Shown here in pieces: positions 39,701-52,909 of a stretch of DNA of 64,000 nt. Source of the stretch: Geosiphon pyriformis uo1 (taxonomy: Eukaryota; Fungi; Glomeromycota). Within the stretch, counting starts at the first letter, position 1; the number at the start of each line of letters is the position of its first letter. The translations under genes were made by a program, and so were the position numbers. The stretch spans positions 393,527 through 457,526 of the forward strand of contig JAAOMT010000439.1 in the NCBI GenBank assembly GCA_016748015.1, in the 5' to 3' direction. The notes under the pieces are model-generated. The model was given only the letters and a program-made list of their open reading frames with translations, was not told the origin of the DNA and made no database searches.

Positions 39701-39985
39701 GTCCCGAATTTATTCAAGGAGATATCTTTTTTATTACTAATGTGTTTAATATTGCTAAGAATAACTTTCTTTTTTTGGAAGAAGAAACTACTAACAGGAC
39801 CATGAAAATCATCTTTGGGCACTTTTTTTTTAAATATAACACTACTTGTAACAGTTTTCAAGTTCACAAAAAATGGATTATTAGTTAAAAAAATAATACT
39901 ATAAACTAATAAGAAAAAATAAAAAAACTTTTTTTTCAGAAATGTACTTTTTGGGGTTTTTTTTGGAATGTAAGAGAAAAAAAAG
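33772..39985 (-). mobile_element. Near full-length decayed LINE (different subfamily) with a ~0.6-kb internal deletion
   Basis: ORF1 fragments at 38010-39867, APE (GEDFNE, DTNH), RT (TFVDDI), RNase H (VYMDGSL) and CLHYSKVEFSDHVFTC. ORF2 jumps near 36820. Confidence 0.92.
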
Positions 39986-41595
39986 TTTTATATCTGCATA
40001 TTAAAACTAATTTTTTTTAAATTAATAAAAAATTATAATTAGTAAAAAACTTTTAATTATTAGTATTGTTTTAAGTACTAAAATATTAATTATTTAATTT
40101 TTAAATACAAATTTTTTTTAAGTTTATAATTGGTTTTAAAAATTTTAAAAATTATTTTATTAGTGTAAAATTTTATGTAAAAACTGTAATTTTTTTAATT
40201 TTTTTTCTGTTGTTATTATTAATTTTGTAATTAACTTTGTTAATTAGATTTATTATTGAACTTATTAATTCTTTAATTATTTTGGTTATATTTAATAAAT
40301 ATTTTTTATATATTATTATTTATTTAAACAAAATATTATAACTTTAATAATTTTTTATAATATTAATTTTTAAAAAACTTTAATTAATTTAATTACATAT
40401 TTTATTTTATTTTTTATTAATATTTAATGAGTAAGGCCCAAATATTTTATTTATAAATGTTTTTTTATAATAAATAAAAATATTAAAACTTTTTTATAAT
40501 AAATATTTTAAATATAATAATTGCTTATTATTATATTTAATATAATTTATATTATTTAATTTTAATTAATAATATTTGGTAGTTGCTTTTTGTTTTTTTA
40601 ATAAACTTATAATTTATTGTAAAATTAATTTTTATAATATGTTTTTATTTTTTATTAAGCTATTATAATATTAAATTATTTTGTTATAATAGTTAAATTA
40701 TTATTGTACTTTTTTTAACTTTTTTGAATTAATAATAAACTTTAAAAAAAAAATACCAATTAATTTTTACAAAAACCAATATTATTTTAATTATTTAATA
40801 ACCAAAAAAAAAGCAAAAAAGCAAAAAATTTAAAAATATATAAATTAAAATTAATAAATTAATAATAATTATTAAAATTAGTAATAATTAAAAATTAACA
40901 AAAAGTACATAATTAATTTAAAAAGTATTAAAATAATTTATATATTTTAAATTCAAAAATAATATAATTATAAGACTTTATTATTTTAATAAAATACTTG
41001 TATAATATTAAAATTAAGTAATTAACAATATTATAATAACATTATACCAAATTATATAACTAATTAATAATTAATAAGTTAAATAATTTACTATACAAAA
41101 TAAATATAAATACAAATACAAACTAATTTTTAATTTAAAAACAACAAAATTATTAAAAAAAGTTTTTTTGTTTTAATTTTTTTTTATTTGTTATTTTGTT
41201 TTATTTTAGTTTTTGTTAATAAACTGCGTAATTTTAAAAAAATTTAAATTATTTGTTAACATTAAACATTGATTTAATAACTTAGTTATTTAAAAGCTTT
41301 TAAATTATATAATAATTAAAAATCTTTAATTATTATTTTTTATTACTTGGTTAGTTCAATTATCAACTATTTAAGCTTTAATCAATACTAAACCCATAAA
41401 AATCTAAAAAGCAACAACTCTTTTTACTTACTATATGAACAATGCAAATCAACTACCACTTAATCCAATTATTATTGGCCACTTAAGTCACCAGTTAACA
41501 AACCACACTATCAAGTTCATTCCATAAATCATGTAATCTTATCTTTGTTATACATTTATTTTAAATATATTATCTGCTGACAGCTACATTTGGCA

Positions 41596-44500
41596 TTACC
41601 ACGGGGAATTCACTATCGAGGATTCGGATTTTCGTCCCTAAAGATTATCAAGTTAGAATTAATTCTTCAAATTAACTTCTAAAGAATACTCACCTTGGAA
41701 GGAGAAAGATATGATTTTGTCGGAGCATGTAAATGAGTCTTCTTTGTAATGACAACTATTGGAAAAATGTAAACATTAAATCTATTCTTTACAAAAAATC
41801 TTTTTGAAATTAAAAATCAAAGAGATCTATGCATACCATCATGTGGTAAAGCGACCACAATGGAACGATCTTCTCCGTATTTGAAATTATCCGCTACAAC
41901 ATCATCAATATATCGTTTGATTTGATAGTCAAAATACTTTCCTTGTCTTATACGACGGAAACTCCATGTGATGACGAAGGGGCCGGTGCTATCATTACCA
42001 GTTGATCATAAGCGAAGGAAGGAAATAATCGAGAATAAATTTGAAGCTCAATTACCTTGTAACTATAGTTTTTTCTTTGGATGATTCACCCATGTTGAAA
42101 CGCGCCGGTGTAAAACATACCTATGTGAAAATCAAGATGAAAGTCAATAGGTGTTTTAACATGGAAGATCATATCTCGGCTTACATCAACATTCATCATT
42201 TTTATGTGTTCGGGACGTAACTGAAGTTTTGCCGCTTTTGGCTGTAAAAATAGATAGTATTGGAATGGTGTTTTATATGAATTTAATTCAATGAAAGTAA
42301 ATCGAATTTTTTTTAGAGAACCTTCATTTCCTTGGCGAAACTCTTTGTAAAGCCAGTCTTGTGATCAGGATCACCTTTCAATTCTGTATTAACCAAAAGA
42401 AGATATGTCCGACAGGTCGCAACGACATATTTGCCATCGGCAGTTACATCGACTCCAATTATAGGATCCCCCAGCCCTGGTAAGTTTGTTTTGGCGCTTT
42501 TCCCCAATTTATCGTACAACTTGATGTCACCCTTCTCACTACCAATTACGATATGTCCTTGCTGATCTGTAGCTGCGCAAGAGAAATTGGTCTTTGTGAC
42601 GTACTGTTTTCGTTCAGAATCGACAAGTTTAAATCCATTTAACCGAGGATCAATACGAAATAAAGAATTATGGGACATTCCAACAAGTGTGGCCTCCCCT
42701 GTCATTTGAGCAAACTTGTTTTCAGGAATAATATTGGTACAAGGAATAATGTCGTGAACTTTCCATTCTTCCACAACTTTCCCATATTCGAGATCCATTT
42801 TATATAAGTTTTGTTCATTATCACCGTCCATTAGAATCATCGAAGAATCTTCTTGATGTAACATCACCTAAATATTACAAATAATCGAGAAAAGGATATG
42901 TTAGTTGAGAGGAATTTAGAGAACATAAATATGCTTGGAAATCTAGTTTGAGAAGAAACCTTTTTTGGACTAAAAAGTTTTCCAGAAAGAGTTTTAATAT
43001 TTTTAATTGAAGCTGCGTGTTCCATACTATCATTCTCGGCGTGTTTGAAAACTCCAATGTTATGACCTTTTACGACAAAAGATCGGTCATGTTTGTAACC
43101 AACAGCAAGTTGACTATTAGAATGTTGCTCATCCTCAGGAGGTTCTGTGTTTATATCATCTCGATCTGAGTCATCTTCAGATTCATCGGTCCCATTTTCT
43201 ATACGGGCACATAAATATGATAAGAAAAATTCTGTCATATGGAGTAGGAATTTGATGAATCTTACCTTCAGAGTCCTCTTCTGGGACTGCATCAGGCATA
43301 TCAATATCCTCGTCATAAGCACGAATAACGTAGTCTTGATCTTCTTTCTAAAATAAAAATAATTCAGTTTGAAAGAAAGATTAAATACTAAAAGAGATTG
43401 TTCTGATTTTTGCACCTTAATCATCGAAAATTTAGTTTCATTTAATGCTTCAAACATTGCACGAGCGAAAACAGCTCTGAAACTTTGCGTTTTCTCTAAG
43501 CTGTCAAAGCGAAGCGACCAGGAATATATATCTCCTTCATCTGAATTATAGAATATTTGATCAGATGATGTTATCTGACTAGGGCCTATATTTAAGAATC
43601 ATGATACTACCGTAATGACACCAAATTAGGCACCAATTTTCCTAGGAAAAGAAGTTTTGTTATTCATATGAGATCTAGCATTTTTTCAAATATTTGAATC
43701 TAGAGATTTACTAACTCACATTACTGAACACAGGATTCATATTCGGTTGAAGCTTTTGACTAATATGAGTGGTTGTTTCATCAGAGATATTCAACCAATC
43801 TATTGATAAAGAAACAGTCAAATAATGAGGAGGATGATCAACAATACTTTTTTTATCAAAGACTGATTAGGAAAAGATACATTGATATGAGTCTCCTTGC
43901 AGTAATGTCGCAGTGACCTTTGGTGCATGCTCTAGAAATATTGATGCATTAGCTTCAAACAAGTATAGGGTAGCTTCCACACTTGTCAATGTTTCGGGTT
44001 TTGAAGTGGAACTAGGGAGGTCAATTTTGCCAGTTTGATAAGTGGAAATAAACGGCTGCTTGCTCTCTTCTTTTACTGGTGTTGTAGTAGAAGATAAGAC
44101 GGAATCTGGAGATGATCCAGATGCATGGACAGAATTACGAGTGGAGATTGAAGGTGAACTATGGGCTGGTTTAGGTCTAGTTTAAAAATTGATGTGAGTA
44201 CTATGTTCAATGTATGCAAAATTATCATTGTAATTAATAAACATACACATAGATAAAGCTTTGAATTTCTTGATCAGTGGCTTGGAAATGGGATTTTCGA
44301 TACTTTCGCTCATACATGCAATGGTATACTGTCAATTCAAAAGTGTTGACGGTATGAGCAGTGATCTTCTCATCACATATAAATTCGTATAAATCATCCG
44401 GTTCCTTCATGAAAAGTCAGATGGTTCAATAAATATTTTGAATTTAAAGTATATCAAGCGAAAATAGCAGAATTGGGTTTACTAACTCCAGACAAATCCT

Positions 44501-45064
44501 TCCAAGAGAAGGTCGTAAATCCTTCTATTTGACCTTTGCGAAATTCCAGAGTTTCGTCGATGAGAAAAACCTTTTCTTCGTCAGCCACTAGGTGGCATTG
44601 GTTGGTGTTTATTAAATGGATCAAAGTTTTCATTAAATGTTTAACCATTGTATTTCACTTATCAAATCGACGTACATTCTCCTTGTTCCTCTTCCAAGTT
44701 CAGTTCCCCTTCATCAAACACTCTAGATATCACCAATTGATATTGCCAACTTACTAAGGTTCGACGAACAGTAGCTTGGCAATCCTTGAAGCTGGAGATT
44801 TTGGAAAAGGTGATTAAAAATGTATACTGATTTATTATAGCAAGACCGAAAATTTCATACATGCACTCTCTATTGCCTTTAGGACTGTGGGGTCTAACAA
44901 GATAAAGTTGACCACTGGTTATCTGAAATAACTCGGGGTTATCGGGATTCCCTTGATAAGACACAAAGAAATAAGGATATGTCACCAACATTACTCCCTA
45001 TAAAGCACATTTAAAACCCCATTTTACCCCAAATCAATCTGCCCAAAGATTTTATTAATAGCAT
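41596..45064 (-). CDS. VID27: Vacuolar import and degradation protein 27, multi-exon
   Basis: N-terminus MLLIKSLGRLIWG|NPDNPELFQITSGQLYLVRP. Motifs NSQLAVGYKHDRSFVVKG, LYKMDLEYGKVVEEW, LFRIDPRL and AKTNLPGLGDPIIGVDVTADG. C-terminus SSIVNSPW*. Many short GT-AG introns. Confidence 0.93.
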
Positions 45065-45780
45065 TTATTCTTTGAAAGGCAACAAGGTGAAATTCACAAA
45101 ATTGAATAAAGCGAAGAGATCTAATTTAATTATTGTTGACTTCTTAATTGAATGGGCTAAAGGCTAATTAACAAACTTTTCCCCAAATAACAATTTACAG
45201 ACCTGAATATAAGAAACTATCACAGCGATTACATGTTTGGCGTCATTATTTTTTGCGGTCATTCCTGATTATAATTAAATTATAATTTGAATTATTTATC
45301 AATAAACCAGTTTTTAAAGAATCAAAATACGATATTATTAATAATTAATTTTTATTATTATTCAATATTTAATTAATTAAATTATTATTACAATTTTTAA
45401 TAATACATAAGTATAACAATATTTAAATAAATAAATACATTGATTTTATTTTATTAATATTTTAATTTGTATTAATTTACAAATATAATTAAATATTATA
45501 AATAGATTATTTATTAATTTAAATAATGTAATAATAAAAATTTATTAAAATATGAACAATACCATTTATTAAAACAAATATTTTTTGTTCAAATTATAAT
45601 TAATAAAAGCAAATTTTTTTTAGAATATTTCTAAAATTAAGTAATTACCAATTGGTTTTTTAAATTTTTTCAATTTATAATAAAATTTACTTATAATTAT
45701 TTAATTAAAAAACTTTTTTTCTTTTATTGTTTTAATAATTTAATATTATAACTTTAATTATTTTTTAATTAAATTTTAAC

Positions 45781-45900
45781 AAAACAACAACAACAACAAC
45801 AAAAAAAATAAAAAATAAAAAAGTAAAAAATAATAATATTCTATCAATAATTATAATTAAAAACTATTAGTTTAATATAATAAAATTTATAAAATTATGT
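45781..45900 (-). repeat. Terminally decayed family A LTR relic inside the AT desert
   Basis: AATATTCTATCAATAATTATAATTAAAAACTATT matches the reverse complement of 13322-13363 (AGTATTCTGTCAATAGCCATAATTAAGAGCTATT) by transitions only. It is preceded by the LTR's CAA/A-rich tract. Confidence 0.6.
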
Positions 45901-46021
45901 TTTTAAAATCTATTGCTTTAAAAATAGTACAAATAAAATGAGTATTTTAATAATAAATATAATTTATAATATATTTTTAATTACATATTTGGGTTTTTAT
46001 TAAATAATAAAATTGTAAATT

Positions 46022-49000
46022 TATTTTTTTTATTTTTTTTTATTAATATTTTACAAGTGAGACCCAAATACAATCTAGCACAATACATCAAACTAAGTAA
46101 TCTAAACTAAGTGCAAATCATGCACTTTTTACATATAACCACTCACTTAGACCAATCAAAGCAACACTATGAATCTATCTTAATAGACACTGTGCTATTA
46201 ATACCAGAAAAAAAACTGCAAGACTTATAAAAACCAAAACTAACTTTGTGTATCTCCACAATACCAAGCAATTTAACAACACTATCAAAATACAGTAAAA
46301 AAAATTTATGGGTCTTTGAGAGCACTAAATTATTAGTCATAATCAAACTTTTCTTGTTTATAATTATTTTAAACTTAGTTCTTACCATCTATATCTCTGT
46401 TTAATGAGTTATCTTTAAGTCCTTTACCAATTTAATGATTATATTGCCAGCAATTTTAGTATACTCAAACACAAATAAAGCCTCCAAATACCAACTTTTA
46501 AAAAAAAATTCTTGTACAATATAATATACACTTCTAAATCAAAAACACATATAGAAAATATTTACATAACACAAAATAAGAACAGACACAGTTCCAATAT
46601 AGTGGTTTACTAAATTATATGAGAGTTAAACAAGATTATATGAGCAGCAAAATCCATTATACATGTAAATAGGTAATCAAAAAGTTCCATCTCCTCATAA
46701 TAAAGACACAACACACTGAAATAAGTCTTATCATACAAGTGTTTTTTAACAGTAACCAATAAATAACAATATAAAACTTTTATAAAATATAAGCACAAAT
46801 CAGCAGTAAATTTATTTCATAAAGTCAGATGTCATATATAAATCAGAATGCCAAACTAAAAAAATTTAAACCCAATTCATATCTTTAATTATGTTTACAT
46901 CAATAATATTAGATCCAGACTCTATTATTTAATAAGCCTAATAAATAGCTTTAAAGACATTATATACAAAATAACAAATATTTTCAGATACTTTTATCTT
47001 ACCAATTTTAATGTAGACTTCCTTAATAAGAACAAGAAGAATCAAATTTGAGCATAAAGCTAAATCAGTCAACTTATTAGCATATTTATTGCTTAAAACT
47101 TCTAAATAGTCTTTAACTTTAGACCAAAAAACATTAAGCTTCTTATTCCTAATAGAGTTCTTTACACTATATCTCTCTATTTAACATTAATTGCAAAAAT
47201 TTGGCAAAGCCAATTTTGACTTAGCATTACAAACATTCAAAGCAATCTGACTGTCTAATATATTATAACACTATTACTTGCAAGAACACATTCCAAAGCC
47301 AAAGCAATTACTTACAATTTAGCTATTATAAAAGAAACCAAACCACTAATTTTAACACTTATGCTCAGATCCAAGTCCACAAAAAATGCAGCTGTATCAT
47401 ATTTTATTTTGTATATATCCAAATCTTTCAAAGATTTATTTGTGTAAACATTGATGATATTCAAACTAGCATCAGAAAAACACTGTTGCACCACAAAAAT
47501 GTCATTAAAACAAAAAACATTTAAATATTAAAAGTCATTAGTAAAAAATTATACAATAGAATGACAAAAAAAATTGACCAAAAACTTGCATGTTAACTTA
47601 AACCACACAAAAATAAGGCCCTTAAAATCAAATTTTTTCCAACAATAAAAACTTTTTTAAATAAAAACCACACTTTTTTTATTATACAATTGTTTAATAA
47701 AAACAATATTAAATCTTTTAAAGTAATTTGTAAACATTATAGAACACCAATTTTTTTAAAACAAAAGATATCAAAGTGCCTCCTAAGAACCAAAAAGCAG
47801 AGAAAATAATATTATTAAGAAATATATTATAATTCAAAAAAATTTTTACCACACTAGTTAGGAAATTATTAACCAGATTGATTCTCAACTTAACAGAAAA
47901 CTGTAAAAAATACACTAAAACCAACTTAAAACTTGTAAATTAAGGTATTAATAGCTAAATAAATAATTAAAAATACTACTGACATTTAAAAAACACAGTA
48001 TCAAAGCTAATTTATTCTTTGTTTGCATCTGCTTAAAAGATTTCAGATTATACAAAAACAGATAATAAAGAGTCTTATTAGGAAAGTCTTTGGACAAGCC
48101 AATCTTTACTTTTAAATATCTTTTAATTAATGTATTCTACTTATTATATATACTCTTAAAGACAAAATTAAATTGGTTTCTGTAATTAATAATTGAGTGT
48201 AAAACTGCCAAAACCAAATAAAAAAATTGTTTATTTGAAATAGTTTTTTTTAAAACCATATTAGCAAAAAACTTAACATCTGAATGAGTTTTCATTAGAC
48301 TAAGTTTGAACAAACTCTTAAAAAACAAAAAAATACCAAAATATTAATGAAACTTTTTTTTACATATAATAAAAATTGGCAGTCTGCTTATCAATAATAA
48401 TGCATCTTTAATCCTCTAGTTAATAGAAATGGCTACAATTTTTTTATTATTGATTGAAATATTATTAATCTTAAAAAAATCACTTGTAATATCCAAAATA
48501 TATTAAGTAACAGCTTGACTATACTCAATCCAAATTATGTTATTAATAAAAGCACTAGCTACCAAAAATAAGATTATTTTATCCTGATTTTTCAATCTGT
48601 TAGTCTTAACAACTAGTTTAATATCAATACAGTAACTACACAAACTTTCCTGTCTTTTGATTTTACACAAAAAAGAATCATTAAAAATTTTCCAGAACAA
48701 AAAAAAGAAAACCTTATTCTGGTTTAAATTATTGTATATGTTGTACTCATTAATTAAATCATAATTAGTCATGATCTGATTGATTTTGTCATTTTGAATA
48801 ATTTTAAAAAAGCTAATAAACTATTTACATATCTTAATCTGAACCAAACTACTCTTTAGATAATTTTAATCTACAAAGTTATAAGTCTTTTACATATCTT
48901 ATAAGACCAACCAGAATTTACAACTCTTTTCCAAAGCATCTTTAATTACTAAATTAACAGCAAAAATAGAAGACTAAGTGGTAGTGCCTTTCAACACAGA

Positions 49001-52000
49001 AAAATTATTACTGCAAAAAACATTAAATTTACTATAGGCCCAAGAAATTCTATCAAAAAGTATCTTGGAAAAAATTTTTCAGACAGTTTCAATCAATGCA
49101 ATTAATTTAGTATTAGTCAAACACCTTTTTATTTATAAGATTTAAGAATTATTAACACACAAGCTTTTTTTCAAGATTGAAATACAGACTTATAAATTAA
49201 ACAAAAATTCAAAAAATCTAAAAGCATAATGAACATAAAACTGTTATAATGCTACTATAGCTCATTTGTAATATCAAACAAATCAGCAGCTTTTCTATTA
49301 AATAGGTCTTTGACTACATGTACTATATTATTATAACTGATAGTATCTATAATATTGGCAAAAGCAGCATTATCAACATGAGTTAAAAACAGATATTGAT
49401 GTTATCACAGATTAAAAACATTGTTCAACACCTTTCTTTTCTTTGTTTAACTCTTTATAATTACATTAATCTTAAATTTAATCTTAACAGAATCTAGAAT
49501 TAAATTATTATTAGCAACCAAGTAATTTAATACTATCTTCTAAAATAGATACTTTAATACACTTCTGATTGTATGATTCTTATTAACAGCAAAGCTAATA
49601 GTCATTCTCTTAGTTCTTAATGACTTGGCAAGCTTGAAGGCACAATACAATCTTTTTATACCAAAAAAAGCAAATTTTACATAATTAAAACTTGCATCAA
49701 AATCCAATAGAACCTAAATACTCAAAGTTTTATTATTGTTCAAAGAAGTCCAATGACTTATCAAAGAAACAAACTTCCAGTAACACTAATATGTAAAGAC
49801 TTGACAATTTTTAAAACCAAAATTTTTAATTTATGAAACTTAGAAGAGTCTTTAGTAAAAATACTATCAAAGTTCTTGAACTATTTCTTTCTAAGAATTT
49901 TATTAGCTAATAAACACACCATCTTGCAAACAATATCTCATATTATATCTAAGTCCAAATATTTCTTGAATATAATATACTCACCAGAAAACAACATTAT
50001 ATTAGCTGTTGTAGTATTTTTAAATCTATTCTATTTTATTTTATCAATATCTTTAATATCAAACTTTCAATAATTTTTATTTGTCAGCTTGTGCAAAAAA
50101 TTGAGTTGCATATCTAATAAGCCATCCAAATTCATAAAAACAGAAACAGCTTGGTAATCAGTATTGAAAAACTTTTTAACATTCTTAATATTATGATTTA
50201 CTACTATATTAATCAAATTTGAAGAGACAAATACATAATTAATTGTTTTTTTGGCACTTCTAGAATTTTTTTATGTTGAAGTTTTTACAATTAAATTTCT
50301 ATTCAGTGAATTTACAAGTCCCAAATTAAAGCATTTCCTAAAATTAGCATACCTATAAGAACCATCTTTATTAAAATTTTTACTTAAGATAATAATAAAA
50401 AATTTATTCACAGCTTTTGCAATTAAAGAGTTGATTTTTTTAGTCTGAAACAAACATATTACCAGTAAAGCACCAACATACAGCCCCAAAATTAAAACAA
50501 AAAGTTTATTTTTGAAAAGTAATTTGACAGAGAGAAGTTAACCAGAAATTTTAATAACCTTATACACATGTTTTACCAAAGTATTGTTCATAATAATTGC
50601 AACACCAGCACCAAAATAACTTTTATCTAAACTTAAAGTGAAAATACAGACTCTACTAAACCTATTCATAATCTATGGCCTAATTTTAAATTTTAACTTT
50701 GTCTTAATAATAATAAAAACTATGTTATCTGAATTTATATACCAATAAACAATGTTTTTTTGCTTGGAAGAAACATTGAAACTTTTAATATTATAAGTAG
50801 CAATCTTTCACATTAGATTAATTATTGAAAAGAAAAATTTTTTACACTTAAATTAAAATTGTCCATTTTGGCCATTAGGCTTATAACTATAGTTAACAAA
50901 CTATTCATATTTTTCTTCAGCTTAGAAAACACTAACATATTAATAACTACCATTTTTATAACAGTTTTCCTACCAGTAACCACATCTGAATTCTCACTTA
51001 TTACTATATCTGCCTTTTGATTTTGTAATAAAAGAGTCACCAATAACTAATATCCAAGGCTAGGCTGAAAAATTATTAATCTGAGTGTGTTTAATTTCTT
51101 AATCAACTTACTAATTTGTTTTATAAAACTGTTGAGACTGTACTCAAGAGCAGCAAACTTATTATTCATTTCAACATACACCAGAGAAGAAGGCTTTACC
51201 TCTAAAAAAGAACCAAAATCAACTAAACTATTTTGTGCAGAAAAAGAAGAGAAAAAAAACCCATCAACAATTTTCACTCAAAAAACACTATCAAAAAAGA
51301 CAAGATAGATAACTAAAGCTAAATACTTAACATAAATAGTGGCCAATCTGCTTTTATTAACATCTAACAATATTCTGCAATTTGAACTACTAAAAAACAT
51401 TTTTTTATCAACAACACATTCGAATAAAGTATAATCTAACTTCTCATACTTGACATATTTAGCAGAGTCTAAATGAGCCCAATGAAAATTGGTGTTTCTT
51501 AGCATCAACATAGTTTTCATAACAGCATTCAATGAAACAACAGAGTCAAGACAAATAACAGCACATCTGAATCGAGTATATAAAACCAAATAATAATTAA
51601 TAAAACATAGTTTTTTTACCAACAGACTTAATAAAATTCTAAATATCATAAATGTTCATTTTTATTGGTAGTATATAGAACAGCATCTTATGATCATCTT
51701 TAAAGTTTCATGATTCCTTGTTTTTACTTGCTCTAGCAATATGTACTATATTTTTTCTAATTAGAATAGACCATTTTGTTGCAACTAAATTAACATAATC
51801 TATCTTATTAACTTCAATTACAGCTTTTTATTACAGTCTTATTAACTGTATTTAAATTGACTTAATTAATTCAAATTCAGAAAAAACAGCAGCACAATCT
51901 TAATTGGAGTACTAATTGGCATTTTTTTTAACATTACAGCTTAATTTGAATGCTCAATAAATTTTTTGAGATTGGTGTTTACTAAAATTTGTTCACTCTT

Positions 52001-52712
52001 AGTCTTTTTGGTAGCCTGTATTAAACTTGATTTAGAAGTAAACATTGCTTTAATAATTCCAGCAAATTTTAAAAAAGTAAAAGTCTTTCCAAAACCATTG
52101 ATTTTCAAAAACAATTTCCTGATTATTACTAACTTTTCTTGAGAAAACTTTCTAATCACCTTATCTAACCAATATCTAGAGTAAATAACTTCTTAACAAG
52201 AACATTAACCAAATTTTTTAGAAAAAAAAATACCAGGAAAGCATTTAACAAAATATTATTATTATTATCACACAAAAAATTAATCTTTCTCAATGCTTTT
52301 TTGGTTTACATTTATGAATTTTTAAATGTTTAATTAGAATTTTCTTCAGTAAAAACATCACTTTTACTATAGTTAAAGCTAGTTTTCTTAACCAAACACT
52401 CTTTTTTTATGTTAACACTATTAGATTTGGTAATATCACCAGTTTTAGAACCTTATAAATAACTACTTAATTTTTTAACAGATATTTCTTTGTTATTAAC
52501 ATCATCTTTTAAAGCATCTTTTTTTTTTCTAGATAAAACAGACTTAATACTAATATCAAAACCAGAATTTTTAAGAACTTTTTTCATAATAGCAATACTA
52601 AAACCAACAATGACTTTGTAATTAAGCAAAAATAGTTTAGATTTATCATACTAAATGATAAAAAACTTTTTAACTCTTTTTTGAAAATTTGAAATAAAAG
52701 AGAAAAAAAAGT
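46022..52712 (-). mobile_element. Full-length, strongly decayed LINE
   Basis: The 5' UTR matches 25087-25200 (ATTTAGYATGATAAATCYAAACTATTTTTGC). Collinear ORF1/ORF2 remnants, e.g. AFINNII for AFVDDTI. Poly(T) at 46022-46040. Confidence 0.9.
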
Positions 52713-52909
52713 TTTTTTTTTTAAATTTTAAATTATTAGATTTTGAGCTTATTAAATGTTTTTTTATTATAAATTTTTTAATTATTTTTGATATTTTTAA
52801 ATATTTTTATAATTTTTAATATTTATGTTATTTTTTTAATCTTAATATTTAATTAATTAATTAACTATATAATAATAATAATAAACTATAACAAAAAATT
52901 ATAAAAAAC

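Noticed and set aside
33755-40003. TSDs for the minus-strand LINEs (e.g. TGCATATT on both sides)
   Set aside because: Short, imperfect matches in AT-rich DNA that cannot be distinguished from chance by eye.
39990-41330. AT desert as a centromere, origin or organelle insertion
   Set aside because: No periodic satellite or organelle gene remnants were seen. Decayed-TE origin is the simpler explanation.
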